A stretch of 64,000 nt of DNA from an uncultured Desulfosarcina sp. (GTDB lineage Bacteria > Desulfobacterota > Desulfobacteria > Desulfobacterales > Desulfosarcinaceae): the NCBI GenBank assembly GCA_963674945.2, contig CAXXWQ010000004.1:1600001-1664000 (forward strand). The letters run 5' to 3'. The notes under the pieces were generated by a model that saw nothing but the letters and a program-made list of their open reading frames with translations, had not been told where the DNA came from and searched no databases. Position numbers and translations under genes: made by a program. Position 1 is the stretch's first letter. The number at the start of each line of letters is the position of its first letter. Positions 40,870-50,430 of this stretch are shown one piece after another.

Positions 40870-41121
40870 TCACAGGGAAAAACGAAAAACAAGCCAGGCG
40901 ACGATGGACCAGAACAAAATGGCGAAGGGCAATATAAATATAAAACCTTCGAAAAATCGATTCCTTTCGATGACATTCTCTGTGAGATCCTCTCGTTTCA
41001 ATCCGTTTTGAACTGGGAACTCATGCTCAGCAGTTGTTTCGGGGGGAAGTGGCAATACGCTGTGTTTCGAGTCGATGGAAACCGTTTCACAATACTGGTG
41101 TACATTTTCTCGGATCCACAT
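40870..41121 (-). CDS. Small hypothetical protein with C-terminal TM helix
   Basis: Strong AAGGAGGA RBS; C-terminal FFEGFIFILPFAILFWSIVAWLV. Confidence 0.65.
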   Translation of the reverse strand: MWIRENVHQYCETVSIDSKHSVLPLPPETTAEHEFPVQNGLKREDLTENVIERNRFFEGFIFILPFAILFWSIVAWLVFRFSL

Positions 41122-41165
41122 TGTACATCCTCCTTAAGGTATTCAATGGCGTGCAATAAAAAGTA

Positions 41166-41182
41166 TGCAAAATGTGATCCAA
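41166..41182 (-). promoter_or_regulatory. Candidate sigma54 (-24/-12) promoter
   Basis: Minus strand TTGGATCACATTTTGCA (GG-N10-GC), 45 bp upstream of ATG 41121; the -24 box deviates from TGGCAC. Confidence 0.4.
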
Positions 41183-41304
41183 ATTAATATTTAGAATAAA
41201 AACTATTTGTTATCCATTTTATTAAAACGGGATTGATGGGAAAAGGGAAAATATGAGCAATAAGTCGACGCTTTTTTTCACTTCTGGCCCGAAGGGCTTC
41301 CCCC

Positions 41305-41342
41305 AAACAAAAAAGCTGCAACCCGTTAGGATTGCAGCCTTG
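41305..41342 (-). terminator. Rho-independent terminator after tRNA-Met
   Basis: GCTGCAATCC-taac-GGGTTGCAGC followed by TTTTTTGTTT on the minus strand. Confidence 0.75.
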
Positions 41343-41351
41343 TTATTCTAT

Positions 41352-41428
41352 TGGTGGCGATGCAGGGACTTGAACCCCGGACTCTGCGGATATGAGCCGC
41401 ATGCTCTAACCAGCTGAGCTACATCGCC
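41352..41428 (-). tRNA. tRNA-Met (CAT), probably elongator
   Basis: GGCGATGTAGCTCAGCTGGTTAGAGCATGCGGCTCATATCCGCAGAGTCCGGGGTTCAAGTCCCTGCATCGCCACCA; cloverleaf, CAT anticodon, encoded CCA. Confidence 0.95.
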
Positions 41429-41508
41429 ATTGCTCTTCTTGGTCGCCAAAAAGAACAGACGACTCCTAACAGTTCAATGAAAGTTAGTCAAGTGTGAAAA
41501 CGGTGCCT

Positions 41509-43623
41509 TCATTTCAAAACCGTTGAACCGATCACCTCAATGGTATACTCTTCCAAGTCTTCGGGAAGTCCGGAAAAGACCACCATGAACGGGATCGATT
41601 GTCCTGGTTCAATTTTGATGTTACTGCGGTTATCTCCCAATCGATTTGCCAGACGTGCCTTAATTTTTTCCAGATCCAGATTTGTCAGTTCAAGATCGGA
41701 CATGACATTCCCACAATAGACCTTTTCCTGAGCGATTAAAACCTTACCCGAAGAAAATAGTTTTCCTGACAAGGTGATGACACCGCGGCTATGTTCATAC
41801 CCGTTCGTCACTTTCCCCGTAATGACAAAAAGCTTGCCAACGTTGGTATTGTCGATGAATCTGGCATTGATATCCTCGGTTGTCAGTTTCTCGTTTCCCG
41901 GATCATTCACCTTTGGTTTTAGATAGTCGCTAAGGAAGGGAATCTCTACGTTGTGTGTTGTCATCCAGTAGTAGGCACCATATCCGCCACCGCCGAGAAC
42001 AATAAGAATCAACAAGAATACCAATGATTTGCGCGACTTCTTTCTCACAGGCGGGGAGGATGGTGCTTTTTCGACGACAGACTCCGTCGGGGCTTCACTT
42101 TTTTCGGCAAACGGGGGCTCGGAGACGACAACAGTCTCTTCCAGTTCTCCATCATCCAGCGTTTTTTCCGTCTGACGATGATCTTCCTCCACCTCGAATT
42201 CCAGCTCCATATCGTCGGCTTCTTGTTCAATCGCTCCGGCGGTGTTCTGGGGTTGATGATCATCCTCGAATTCGGACAGGTCCAGTTCCAGGTCATCCTC
42301 GATGTCGGCAGAATCAGTTCCGGTATCCGCATCGGATGACAGGGCATCTTCCAGTGCCAGCTCCTGTTCTTCGACAGTTTCATCTTTTGCATCCACATCG
42401 ACATCATCCAGAACCTGCTCCAGCTCGGACAGATCGATCACCTCATCCTCGACAACCATTTTTTCTCCAGCGGAATCGTCCATCCACTTTTCATTGTCGA
42501 GACTGGGCTCTATATCCAGATCCAAATCTGTGTCCTGATCCGGAACGAGACTCGAACCGGAACCACCCGTTTCCGGTTCTTCGAGCATCTTTTCGATTTC
42601 CGACAAATCGACTTCCGCCTCTTCATCCGCTGAAGTTTCGCCACCCGTGTCTTCTTCCAGATCATCGAGTTCCAAATCCAAGGAAAAATCTTCCGTTGAC
42701 TCCTTGGGCATATCGGCCTCAATTTCCTGGAAAGACTCGGATTCATCCGTTACATCCGAAGATAATTCGTCATCCTCGTCTACCTCCACGATAACGGTGG
42801 ACTCGTTGGCTTGGTCGTCTTCGATCAAATTATCCAGGCTGGAAAGATCCAGATCCAGGTCCTCTTCATCCAAATCGGCGATAATGGTTTCATCTCCATC
42901 GGATTGAAGATCCAGATCTTCGTCCTTCGCGTCAAGATCAATGGAAAGATCCAGATCATCATCGGCATCGAGATCCAGATCAAGATTCAGGCCATCATCA
43001 GTATCAAGGTCCAGGTCATCGTCGGATTCGAGATCCAGATCAAGATTCAACTCATCATCGGTATCGAGGTCCGGTTCATCGTCGGACTCGAGATCCAGAT
43101 CAAGATTCAACTCATCATCGATATCGAGGTCCGGTTCATCACTCGATTCAATGTCCAAGGAAAAATCCAGGTCTTCTTCGTCCAAATCGGCGATTATCGT
43201 TGCATCCCTGTCGTCAATGGAATCAGATTCATCCAGCGTCTGATCCAAGTCGGTTTCTGACGTTGCCTGGCCACCGGACTCGACTTTATCCAGAATGTCA
43301 CTTACCGCATCTTCGATATCCGAATCGTCCAGGTCCTCTTCCGGTTCTGCCTCCAGTGAAAAATCAAGGTCGCTGTCCGTATCTGGAATTTTGGATGCGG
43401 TCTCCTCCGCCACCCCGGATTCGGTGATTGCCGGTTGCTGCGAATCGGTGGGTTGGGAAACAAAATTGGCTGTTTCGGTCTCTTCTGCCTCAACCGGTGC
43501 CTGCTTGGGATAAGCGGTAAACACCTGAGAGCATACCGAGCATCTTACCTTGGAGCCTTCCGGTTTTAAAATCTTTTCATCAAGATTGAAACTGGTGTTA
43601 CACGCCTTACAGGTGATAATCAT
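41509..43623 (-). CDS. Zinc-ribbon (MJ0042-type) / acidic linker / TM / DUF3426 protein
   Basis: MIITCKACNTSF...KVRCSVC; very Asp/Glu-rich middle; TM LVFLLILIVLGGGG; C-terminal LFVITGKVTN...PGQSIPFMVVF. Confidence 0.85.
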   Translation of the reverse strand: MIITCKACNTSFNLDEKILKPEGSKVRCSVCSQVFTAYPKQAPVEAEETETANFVSQPTDSQQPAITESGVAEETASKIPDTDSDLDFSLEAEPEEDLDDSDIEDAVSDILDKVESGGQATSETDLDQTLDESDSIDDRDATIIADLDEEDLDFSLDIESSDEPDLDIDDELNLDLDLESDDEPDLDTDDELNLDLDLESDDDLDLDTDDGLNLDLDLDADDDLDLSIDLDAKDEDLDLQSDGDETIIADLDEEDLDLDLSSLDNLIEDDQANESTVIVEVDEDDELSSDVTDESESFQEIEADMPKESTEDFSLDLELDDLEEDTGGETSADEEAEVDLSEIEKMLEEPETGGSGSSLVPDQDTDLDLDIEPSLDNEKWMDDSAGEKMVVEDEVIDLSELEQVLDDVDVDAKDETVEEQELALEDALSSDADTGTDSADIEDDLELDLSEFEDDHQPQNTAGAIEQEADDMELEFEVEEDHRQTEKTLDDGELEETVVVSEPPFAEKSEAPTESVVEKAPSSPPVRKKSRKSLVFLLILIVLGGGGYGAYYWMTTHNVEIPFLSDYLKPKVNDPGNEKLTTEDINARFIDNTNVGKLFVITGKVTNGYEHSRGVITLSGKLFSSGKVLIAQEKVYCGNVMSDLELTNLDLEKIKARLANRLGDNRSNIKIEPGQSIPFMVVFSGLPEDLEEYTIEVIGSTVLK
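42961..43140 (-). repeat. Intragenic 60-bp tandem repeat x3 (20 aa, DEPDLDTDDELNLDLDLESD-like)
   Basis: Three consecutive near-identical 60-nt units at 42961, 43021 and 43081. Confidence 0.9.
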
Positions 43624-43638
43624 GACAACCCTCGCTGC

Positions 43639-44160
43639 CTAGAGTTTCATATGGTAGATTTCCGATAAGTTCCTGTAATTTTCAGCATAATCCAATCCAT
43701 ATCCCACAAGGAAACCTTCTTCCACGAATCTGCACGAATAGTCGACGTGGATTGGAACTTTTCGACGTTCTGCCTTGTCGATCATTGCGCATATTCGAAT
43801 GCTACTCGGATTGAAACTTTCCAGATGACGGACCAAAAACGAAATCGTCAGGCCGGAATCGATTATGTCTTCAACCAACAGCACATCTTTGCCGCAAATG
43901 TCGACATCGATGTCTTTTTTCAGAACAACTTTCTCTGATGATACTGTATCGGCACCGTAGCTGGAAGCTTGAAGGAAATCGACTTTAATTTTTTCCAAAG
44001 TCAGCAGTCGAATGAGATCGGCAAGAAATACAAAGGCACCTTTGAGCACCCCCACGATGACCAGTTCCCGTCCTTGATAGTCCGCCGAGATCGTTTTGGC
44101 AATCCGAGAGATTTGAAGATGGATCTCTTCCTTATCGATAACACATGTGAATTCAGGCAT
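43639..44160 (-). CDS. hpt: Hypoxanthine phosphoribosyltransferase
   Basis: GVLKGAFVFLADL, VLLVEDIIDSGLT (PRPP loop), FLVGYGLDYAENYRNL; start ATG 44160 (ORF track 44196). Confidence 0.95.
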   Translation of the reverse strand: MPEFTCVIDKEEIHLQISRIAKTISADYQGRELVIVGVLKGAFVFLADLIRLLTLEKIKVDFLQASSYGADTVSSEKVVLKKDIDVDICGKDVLLVEDIIDSGLTISFLVRHLESFNPSSIRICAMIDKAERRKVPIHVDYSCRFVEEGFLVGYGLDYAENYRNLSEIYHMKL

Positions 44161-44205
44161 ATATAATATTATCGAGTATACTTGTACGGTTGTCAATTCA
44201 TTTGA

Positions 44206-45111
44206 CTATAGACCGGCAGCGGCAAGATCCTCCACGATTTTCTTTTGATCGGCCGTCAGTGTTTTTGGTACATCCACGGATACTGTAACGTAAAGATCCC
44301 CTTTCGTGGTGCTCTTCATCTTGGGAAGGCCGTGGCCGGTCAACCGCATGCGTGTTTTATGGCGGGTACCCGGTGGAATTTTAAGGCTCAATTCTCCGCC
44401 GTCGATCGTGGGAATCCCCACTTGGGTGCCCAGAAGAGATTCACTGAGTCGTATGGTGACGCCGGTATGAAGATCGTACTCATCGGAGGAAAAAACGGGA
44501 TCCGAAAGGACACGGGATTGAATGTACAAATCTCCAGGAGGCCCCCCGAATCCGCTCTGTTCTCCTTTTCCGGACAGCCGAAGCTTTTTTCCCGTAATCA
44601 TTCCCGGCGGGATCTTCACCGAAATGTTCTCGTTTTTTCCCTGGTGCTGGAACGTCACTGTCTTGTTGGTACCGGAAGCGACCTCCGTAAGCGTCAGCGG
44701 AAGTTCATACACCAGATCCGATCCCTTGGCCGGTCTCCTTCGACGTTGCTGGCCGCCAAACCCGCCACCAAAGGGAGATCCACCACCGCCGAAGGAGAAA
44801 CGGACGTCTCCACCACCAAATCCAAATTCCTTAAGAATGTCTCCTATGTTAACGTTTTTGAAGATGTCCTCTTGAGAGTAACGCTGGTGAAAATCGGTGG
44901 ATCCGTATGTATCGTACTGTTGCCGTTTCTCCTTGTCGCTGAGCACGGCGTAGGCCTCGCTGATTTTCTTGAACATCTCCTCGGCATGTTTGTCCCCTTT
45001 GGAATGGTCCGGATGATACTTCATTGCCAATTTCCGATAAGCCTTCTTGATCTGGTCATCGGTTGCGGTTTTAGACACGCCTAGTATCTTGTAATAATCC
45101 TTCTCGGACAT
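44206..45111 (-). CDS. DnaJ-class chaperone without zinc finger (CbpA-like)
   Basis: J-domain with HPD, G/F-rich linker, C-terminal substrate domain; no CxxCxGxG repeats. Confidence 0.93.
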   Translation of the reverse strand: MSEKDYYKILGVSKTATDDQIKKAYRKLAMKYHPDHSKGDKHAEEMFKKISEAYAVLSDKEKRQQYDTYGSTDFHQRYSQEDIFKNVNIGDILKEFGFGGGDVRFSFGGGGSPFGGGFGGQQRRRRPAKGSDLVYELPLTLTEVASGTNKTVTFQHQGKNENISVKIPPGMITGKKLRLSGKGEQSGFGGPPGDLYIQSRVLSDPVFSSDEYDLHTGVTIRLSESLLGTQVGIPTIDGGELSLKIPPGTRHKTRMRLTGHGLPKMKSTTKGDLYVTVSVDVPKTLTADQKKIVEDLAAAGL

Positions 45112-45217
45112 GGCTCTTCTGCTCCCTGCACAAATTCCTGCAAAAATTGAAATGAAGCAAACAAATTGTTTTTACTGGGAAAATAAGGTGTACGTCTTTT
45201 AATGTCAAGCTGTTATA

Positions 45218-47092
45218 TCATCTTCCCTTCCATGTTCGCAGGTACACCATGAGAACCGATATGGCGGCGGGTGTTATGCCCTCGATTCGTGATGCCTGCC
45301 CCAGAGATGCGGGGCGGACGACGGCCAGTTTCTCCTTGAGTTCACTGGAAAGACCATGGACGGTCGAATAGTCGATGGTTTCGGGAATCTTGATCTGCTC
45401 CAGATGCCTGAACTTTTCGATCTCCGCAAGCTGACGTCGGATGTACCCTTCGTATTTGACTTCGATCTCCACCTGCCGTGTGACCCGCTCTTCAAGTTCC
45501 CCTTCTGCCGGTGCGAGCGCAGAAACCACATCATAGCCCAATTCTGCACGCTTGAGAAGCTGGGACAGATGAATACCGCTTTCGATGGTCGGAGTCCCCC
45601 GCTCTCTCAAGTAGGCGTTGACTTCCGGTAACGGTTTGATCACCGTCCGTTTAACGCGTTCCATTTCCTCTTGAATCATCCGTTTGCGCTCACGATTGTC
45701 GGACACCGTTTGTGCGTCCACCAGCCCCAGTTCATGGCCCAGGGCGCAAAGACGCAGGTCCGCATTGTCCTCCCGTAGCATGAGCCGATATTCGGCCCTG
45801 GAAGTGAACATCCGGTACGGTTCACGGGTTCCCCGGGTGACCAGGTCATCCACCAGTACCGCCATGTAGGCTTGGCTGCGGTCTAAAAGGAAAGGTGGCC
45901 GCTTCTGGACCGCACAGGCTGCGTTGATACCGGCCCACAGGCCCTGGGCCGCCGCCTCTTCGTATCCCGAGGTGCCGTTGATCTGACCGGCCAGGTACAG
46001 CCCCGTAATACGTTTGGTCTCCAGCGTGGGACGCAGTTGCACCGGATTGACGAAATCGTATTCGATGGCGTAGGCCGGCCGCATGATCTGGGCCTCTTCC
46101 AGTCCTCGGACCTTTCGCACCACTTCGATCTGGACCTCCATGGGCAAGCTGTTTCCGAGCCCCGACGCGTAGATTTCCTGCGTATCCAGCCCCTCGGGTT
46201 CGAGAATGACCTGGTGTCTGTCCCGGTCCGGGAACCGGACGATCTTGTCTTCGAAGGATGGGCAATATCGGGCCGGAACGCCTTTGATGGCACCGCTGTG
46301 AAGGGCGGAGAGGTGGAGGTTGTCACGAACCACCCGATGGACCCGCTCGCTGGTATGACCAATGTGGCTGGGAACCTGGGGAAGTGGTGAAGCCGGATCG
46401 GTGAAGGAAAAAGGGCGAACAAAATCTCCGACCGGTTGCTCGTCGAATTGTGAGAAATCGATACTTTCCCTGTGGAGCCGGGGTGGCGTTCCCGTCTTCA
46501 TGCGCCCTAATGAAAGCCCCAACTCCATAAGATGCAGGGGAAGATCATAAGAGGCAAACTCTCCGGCCCGACCTGCCTGCATGGTCACGAAACCGATGTG
46601 AATCAGCCCGGAGAGAAAAGTGCCTGTGGCCAACACCACACAAGGAGCCGAAAAACCATATCCCGTGTGGTCTTCCACGCCACACAAACGGCCGTTTTCA
46701 ACGACCAAACGCTTTATAAGGGCCTGTTTCAGATCCAGATTGGGCTGACGTTCCAGCACCGCCTTCATGGCGGTATGGTAACGCCCCTTGTCGTTTTGTG
46801 TACGGGTAGACTGAACTGCCGGGCCTTTTTTGGTGTTGAGGGTCTTGTACTGAATGGCCGTCTGGTCGGCGATCTTGGCCATCTGGCCGCCCAACGCATC
46901 GATCTCCTTGACCAGTTGGCCCTTGGCCATGCCACCGATGGAGGGACTGCACGGCATGGCGGCAATCTTGTCCAGGTCGATGGTCAGCATGAGAACATGG
47001 CATCCCATGCGAGCCCCGGCAAGAGCCGCTTCGCATCCGGCATGCCCGCCCCCCACGACGATGATATCGTATTGCTTTGAAAAAATACCCAT
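45218..47092 (-). CDS. mnmG: tRNA uridine-5-carboxymethylaminomethyl(34) synthesis enzyme MnmG (GidA)
   Basis: GGGHAGCEAA, KTGTPPR, RYCPS, GQINGTSGYEEAAAQG, EPYRMFTSRAEYR. Confidence 0.98.
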   Translation of the reverse strand: MGIFSKQYDIIVVGGGHAGCEAALAGARMGCHVLMLTIDLDKIAAMPCSPSIGGMAKGQLVKEIDALGGQMAKIADQTAIQYKTLNTKKGPAVQSTRTQNDKGRYHTAMKAVLERQPNLDLKQALIKRLVVENGRLCGVEDHTGYGFSAPCVVLATGTFLSGLIHIGFVTMQAGRAGEFASYDLPLHLMELGLSLGRMKTGTPPRLHRESIDFSQFDEQPVGDFVRPFSFTDPASPLPQVPSHIGHTSERVHRVVRDNLHLSALHSGAIKGVPARYCPSFEDKIVRFPDRDRHQVILEPEGLDTQEIYASGLGNSLPMEVQIEVVRKVRGLEEAQIMRPAYAIEYDFVNPVQLRPTLETKRITGLYLAGQINGTSGYEEAAAQGLWAGINAACAVQKRPPFLLDRSQAYMAVLVDDLVTRGTREPYRMFTSRAEYRLMLREDNADLRLCALGHELGLVDAQTVSDNRERKRMIQEEMERVKRTVIKPLPEVNAYLRERGTPTIESGIHLSQLLKRAELGYDVVSALAPAEGELEERVTRQVEIEVKYEGYIRRQLAEIEKFRHLEQIKIPETIDYSTVHGLSSELKEKLAVVRPASLGQASRIEGITPAAISVLMVYLRTWKGR

Positions 47093-47165
47093 CCATTTCT
47101 CTTTTTCTTTTGTCCGGCAGACTATATAATTACCTATTTATTATAGGTCAAGGACACAGATCACC

Positions 47166-48134
47166 ATGAACGAGAAACCCTACCGGGATCTGAACACCTA
47201 CTTTCGCGGCCTTTTTGGTTGCCGGGTCCACAAAGTAACCGTCGATGCCGGATTGGACTGCCCAAACCGCAACGGCACTCTCTCCACCGGGGGGTGCATC
47301 TACTGCAACGCCAGGGGATCCGGAACGGGAGCCCATGAAAAGGGATTGTCCATTAGCCAGCAATTGGAAAACAGCAAGGCACGGATCGCCCGCAGATTCA
47401 AGACCGATAAAATCATGGCCTATTTCCAGTCCTTCACCAATACCTACGGCCCCTTCGCGCAACTAAAGCGCCTGTATGACGAAGCCCTGGCAGTTGAAAA
47501 CGTGGTGGGACTGGCCATCGGAACCCGACCGGACTGTGTTGAACCGGCGGTGCTCGATCTTTTGGAAAACTATGCAAAAAACCGCCTCGTGTGGATCGAG
47601 TACGGCCTGCAAAGCGCCCATGACCATACCTTGTCACGAATCAACCGGGGTCATGATTTTGCCTGCTTTCAAAGAGCCGTGAAAGCCACCCAAAATCGCA
47701 ACATCAATATTTGTGCCCATGTGATTTTAGGCCTTCCCGGTGAATCCCGGCAGGAGATGCTGGAGACCGCCGACGCCATCGCTGCGCTTGGCCTCGATGG
47801 GGTCAAACTCCACCTGCTCTACGTGGTGAAAGGTACGACTTTGGAGGTCTTGTACCAAAAGGGCGAATATCGATGCCTGGAACAGTGGGAATATGTGCGC
47901 CTGGTGTGTGATTTCATCGAACGGCTTCCCCACACCATGATCATTCAACGGCTCACCGGTGATCCCCACCCCGCGGAATTGGTGGCGCCAAACTGGTCCC
48001 TCCAGAAGAAAGAGACCCTGGATCTGATTCACCACACCTTCGCCCGAAAGAATACCTGGCAGGGAAAGCGGTATCGCGCCGGTTCGGGTAAAGGGCAATA
48101 CCATTCCAAATCGAACTATCAGGACCGCCCGTAA
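47166..48134 (+). CDS. TIGR01212 (YhcC-like) radical SAM protein
   Basis: CPNRNGTLSTGGCIYC, YFQSFTNTY, GTRPDC, HVILGLPGE. Confidence 0.92.
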   Translation: MNEKPYRDLNTYFRGLFGCRVHKVTVDAGLDCPNRNGTLSTGGCIYCNARGSGTGAHEKGLSISQQLENSKARIARRFKTDKIMAYFQSFTNTYGPFAQLKRLYDEALAVENVVGLAIGTRPDCVEPAVLDLLENYAKNRLVWIEYGLQSAHDHTLSRINRGHDFACFQRAVKATQNRNINICAHVILGLPGESRQEMLETADAIAALGLDGVKLHLLYVVKGTTLEVLYQKGEYRCLEQWEYVRLVCDFIERLPHTMIIQRLTGDPHPAELVAPNWSLQKKETLDLIHHTFARKNTWQGKRYRAGSGKGQYHSKSNYQDRP

Positions 48135-48144
48135 AACGGTTTTG

Positions 48145-48316
48145 GAGCATTGAACATAGAACATCGAACGTTGAATACGGAATTCTATCCTTCTAAAAAT
48201 GAAACTTTCATTTTATCCTGCAGAGAAGAGATTAAAAGTGCTGTTTGATAAAAACGATGGAGCGAAGCGATCGCATCATTCGACGTTGGACGTTCGATGT
48301 TCAATGTTCGACGTTT
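48145..48316. repeat. Inverted pair of 7-bp tandem arrays (GAACATC-type) enclosing ~100 bp of non-coding DNA
   Basis: Left gagcatt-gaacata-gaacatc-gaacgtt-gaat (48145-48176); right attc-gacgttg-gacgttc-gatgttc-aatgttc-gacgtt (48278-48316). Confidence 0.8.
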
Positions 48317-48468
48317 AAAATCAATTTCCAGAACTATTGTCTCGCCGGATCAGTCCGATCCTCTTCATGTCACTCGGGCATAGGTCTAAGCGTATTTTAC
48401 TGAATTTAAAACCCTTCGATGAATCATCAGAACGCCAGACGTTTCCCCGTCATCCCGAAAATTTCACC

Positions 48469-48526
48469 TTGACAATCGCCCCGCATAAATTATAACATAT
48501 GTTTTAAACATATGTTTTAAACATAA
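48469..48526 (+). promoter_or_regulatory. Sigma70 promoter with overlapping repeated palindromic operator (likely TetR autorepression site)
   Basis: TTGACA-N16-TATAAC, followed by 13-bp-period repeats AACATATGTTTTA containing the perfect palindrome AAACATATGTTT. Confidence 0.7.
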
Positions 48527-48550
48527 ATTCATAACCTATGGAGCATCGGC

Positions 48551-49246
48551 ATGACAATTCAATCCGATGAAAAAACATCGGTCAAAAGAAAAATCATCGA
48601 TGCCGCTGGCGAGATTTTCGGTCGAATGGGCTACAAAGGAGCGACGATTCGCGATATCTGCCGCTTGGCAGATGTGAACGTGGCATCGATCAACTACCAT
48701 TTCGGTGGGAAAAAGCAGCTGTATCGCACCGTGGTCATGGATCTGATTTCCCAAACGTTCGACCGCTATCCGGTGGTCGAAAAGAACAATAAAAATCATA
48801 GCCCCGAAGACCGGCTTCGAAATTTCATTCGCGGGGTATTGCGGCGTCTGCTCTCATCCGACGGTCTGGCGGGATATGTGGGCAAGGGGCAGTTGATGGC
48901 CCGTGAACTGGCAGATCCATCCCCGTTCATGGACGATCTCGTGGATCAGTTCATCCGACCGACGGCCACCATCTTGTCTGCCATTATCTCCGATCTTTTG
49001 GGACCTGTGGCGGATAACGAGAAAATTGTACGGTGCCAGTTGAGCGTAATCGGACAATGTTTTCACTATGCCATGGCACGCCCCCTCATTACCCGCATGG
49101 TGAACATCGACTATACCGATCCAGGGCTGATCGACGCGTTGACCGATCATATCACCCGGTTCTCCATGGCGGGTATTCGTTCCACCCGCCTGGGCTGCGA
49201 TCACTTTCATTTCGCAGTTTCCATCGAAAACGGAGGAAAACCGTGA
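48551..49246 (+). CDS. TetR family regulator, CecR/YbiH-like (DUF1956 C-terminus)
   Basis: IIDAAGEIFG...ATIRDIC...VNVASINYHFGGKKQLY; LMARELADPS; HITRFSMAG. Confidence 0.9.
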   Translation: MTIQSDEKTSVKRKIIDAAGEIFGRMGYKGATIRDICRLADVNVASINYHFGGKKQLYRTVVMDLISQTFDRYPVVEKNNKNHSPEDRLRNFIRGVLRRLLSSDGLAGYVGKGQLMARELADPSPFMDDLVDQFIRPTATILSAIISDLLGPVADNEKIVRCQLSVIGQCFHYAMARPLITRMVNIDYTDPGLIDALTDHITRFSMAGIRSTRLGCDHFHFAVSIENGGKP

Positions 49247-50430
49247 AGAAGAGACTTCGTATCCTTTTACCCATCGCCATTCTCATCCTGGCCGTTTTGA
49301 CATGGCGCCTGTTTTTCAGGACGTCTTCGGAGTCGAATACGCTTCTCGTATCCGGAAATATCGATGTCACCCAGGTGGATCTCGCCTTTAAGATATCCGG
49401 TCGTCTTCTCGAACGACTGGTCGATGAAGGAGCATCGGTTCATCGTGACCAGCGTGTGGCCATGCTGGATGACACGGACCAAAAGCTCGAATTGGATCGG
49501 ATGCGCGCCGAAGCGGCGTATGCGACGGCAGTGCTTGCCGAGTTGGAGGCCGGAAGCCGCCCCGAAGAAATTGCCCGGGCCAAGGCCTTTGTCCAGCAGG
49601 CAGAATTCACTTTAAACGAACTTGAGCGCGGTAGCCGTACACAGGAGATCGCCGAGGCCGAGGCGGAGCTGGCCAGGGCGGAGGCGGATGAAAGGTCGGC
49701 CGCCAGCCAGTTGGCCCTGGCAAAGGCGGATTTCCAACGCAACGAAAAAATGTTCGAAGAGGGTGTAATCAGTGATCAGACCTATGACACCTACAAGACG
49801 CGATACGAATCGGCAAAAAGCACCATGGCCGCCGCAACATCACGGCGCAAAGCCGTGGATCAGCGCCTGAGCCTGCGTCGGGAGGGCGCCCGGCGGGAAA
49901 AAATCGAACAGGCGCGGGCAGCCTTGGCCCAGGCCGAAGCGCAATATGCGCTCGTCAAGGCCGGCCCCCGGGAAGAGACCATCGCCCAGGCCCGGGCGAA
50001 AAAAACCGCCGCAGATGCCGCCGCATCACTTTCCCGGCAGCGACTGGCCGATACCATCCTCACGGCCCCATTCGACGGGGTCGTGCTCAGCACCTCGGCC
50101 GAACCGGGAAGCCTGCTCACCCCCGGCAAAACGGTGCTCACCATCGGTGATACCGCCAATATCTGGCTCCGCGCCTTCGTGGACGAGACGGATCTGGGAC
50201 GTATCCGGCTGGGCCAAAAGGCCCGGGTGACGATTGACGCCGATCCTGACAGATCCTGGACGGGGCGGATCAGTTACATCAGCAGCACGGCGGAGTTCAC
50301 CCCCCGCTCTGTGCAGACTTTCAAAGAACGCACCAACCTGGTCTATCGCATCAAGATCCAGTTGGACAATCCGGACGGCATCCTCAAACCTGGCATGCCA
50401 GCCGATGCGGTGATCGAGAAAACCCCATGA
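49243..50430 (+). CDS. HlyD family membrane fusion protein (YbhG-like)
   Basis: GTG start at 49243 (GGAGG RBS, GTGA overlap); SGNID, coiled coils, APFDGVV, AEFTPRSVQT...LVYRIKI. Confidence 0.9.
   Translation: MKKRLRILLPIAILILAVLTWRLFFRTSSESNTLLVSGNIDVTQVDLAFKISGRLLERLVDEGASVHRDQRVAMLDDTDQKLELDRMRAEAAYATAVLAELEAGSRPEEIARAKAFVQQAEFTLNELERGSRTQEIAEAEAELARAEADERSAASQLALAKADFQRNEKMFEEGVISDQTYDTYKTRYESAKSTMAAATSRRKAVDQRLSLRREGARREKIEQARAALAQAEAQYALVKAGPREETIAQARAKKTAADAAASLSRQRLADTILTAPFDGVVLSTSAEPGSLLTPGKTVLTIGDTANIWLRAFVDETDLGRIRLGQKARVTIDADPDRSWTGRISYISSTAEFTPRSVQTFKERTNLVYRIKIQLDNPDGILKPGMPADAVIEKTP

Noticed and set aside
41352..41428. tRNA-anchored genomic island covering the Glt-like operon
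   Set aside because: No integrase and no duplicated tRNA 3' end found by eye; core minCDE genes lie between the tRNA and the operon.
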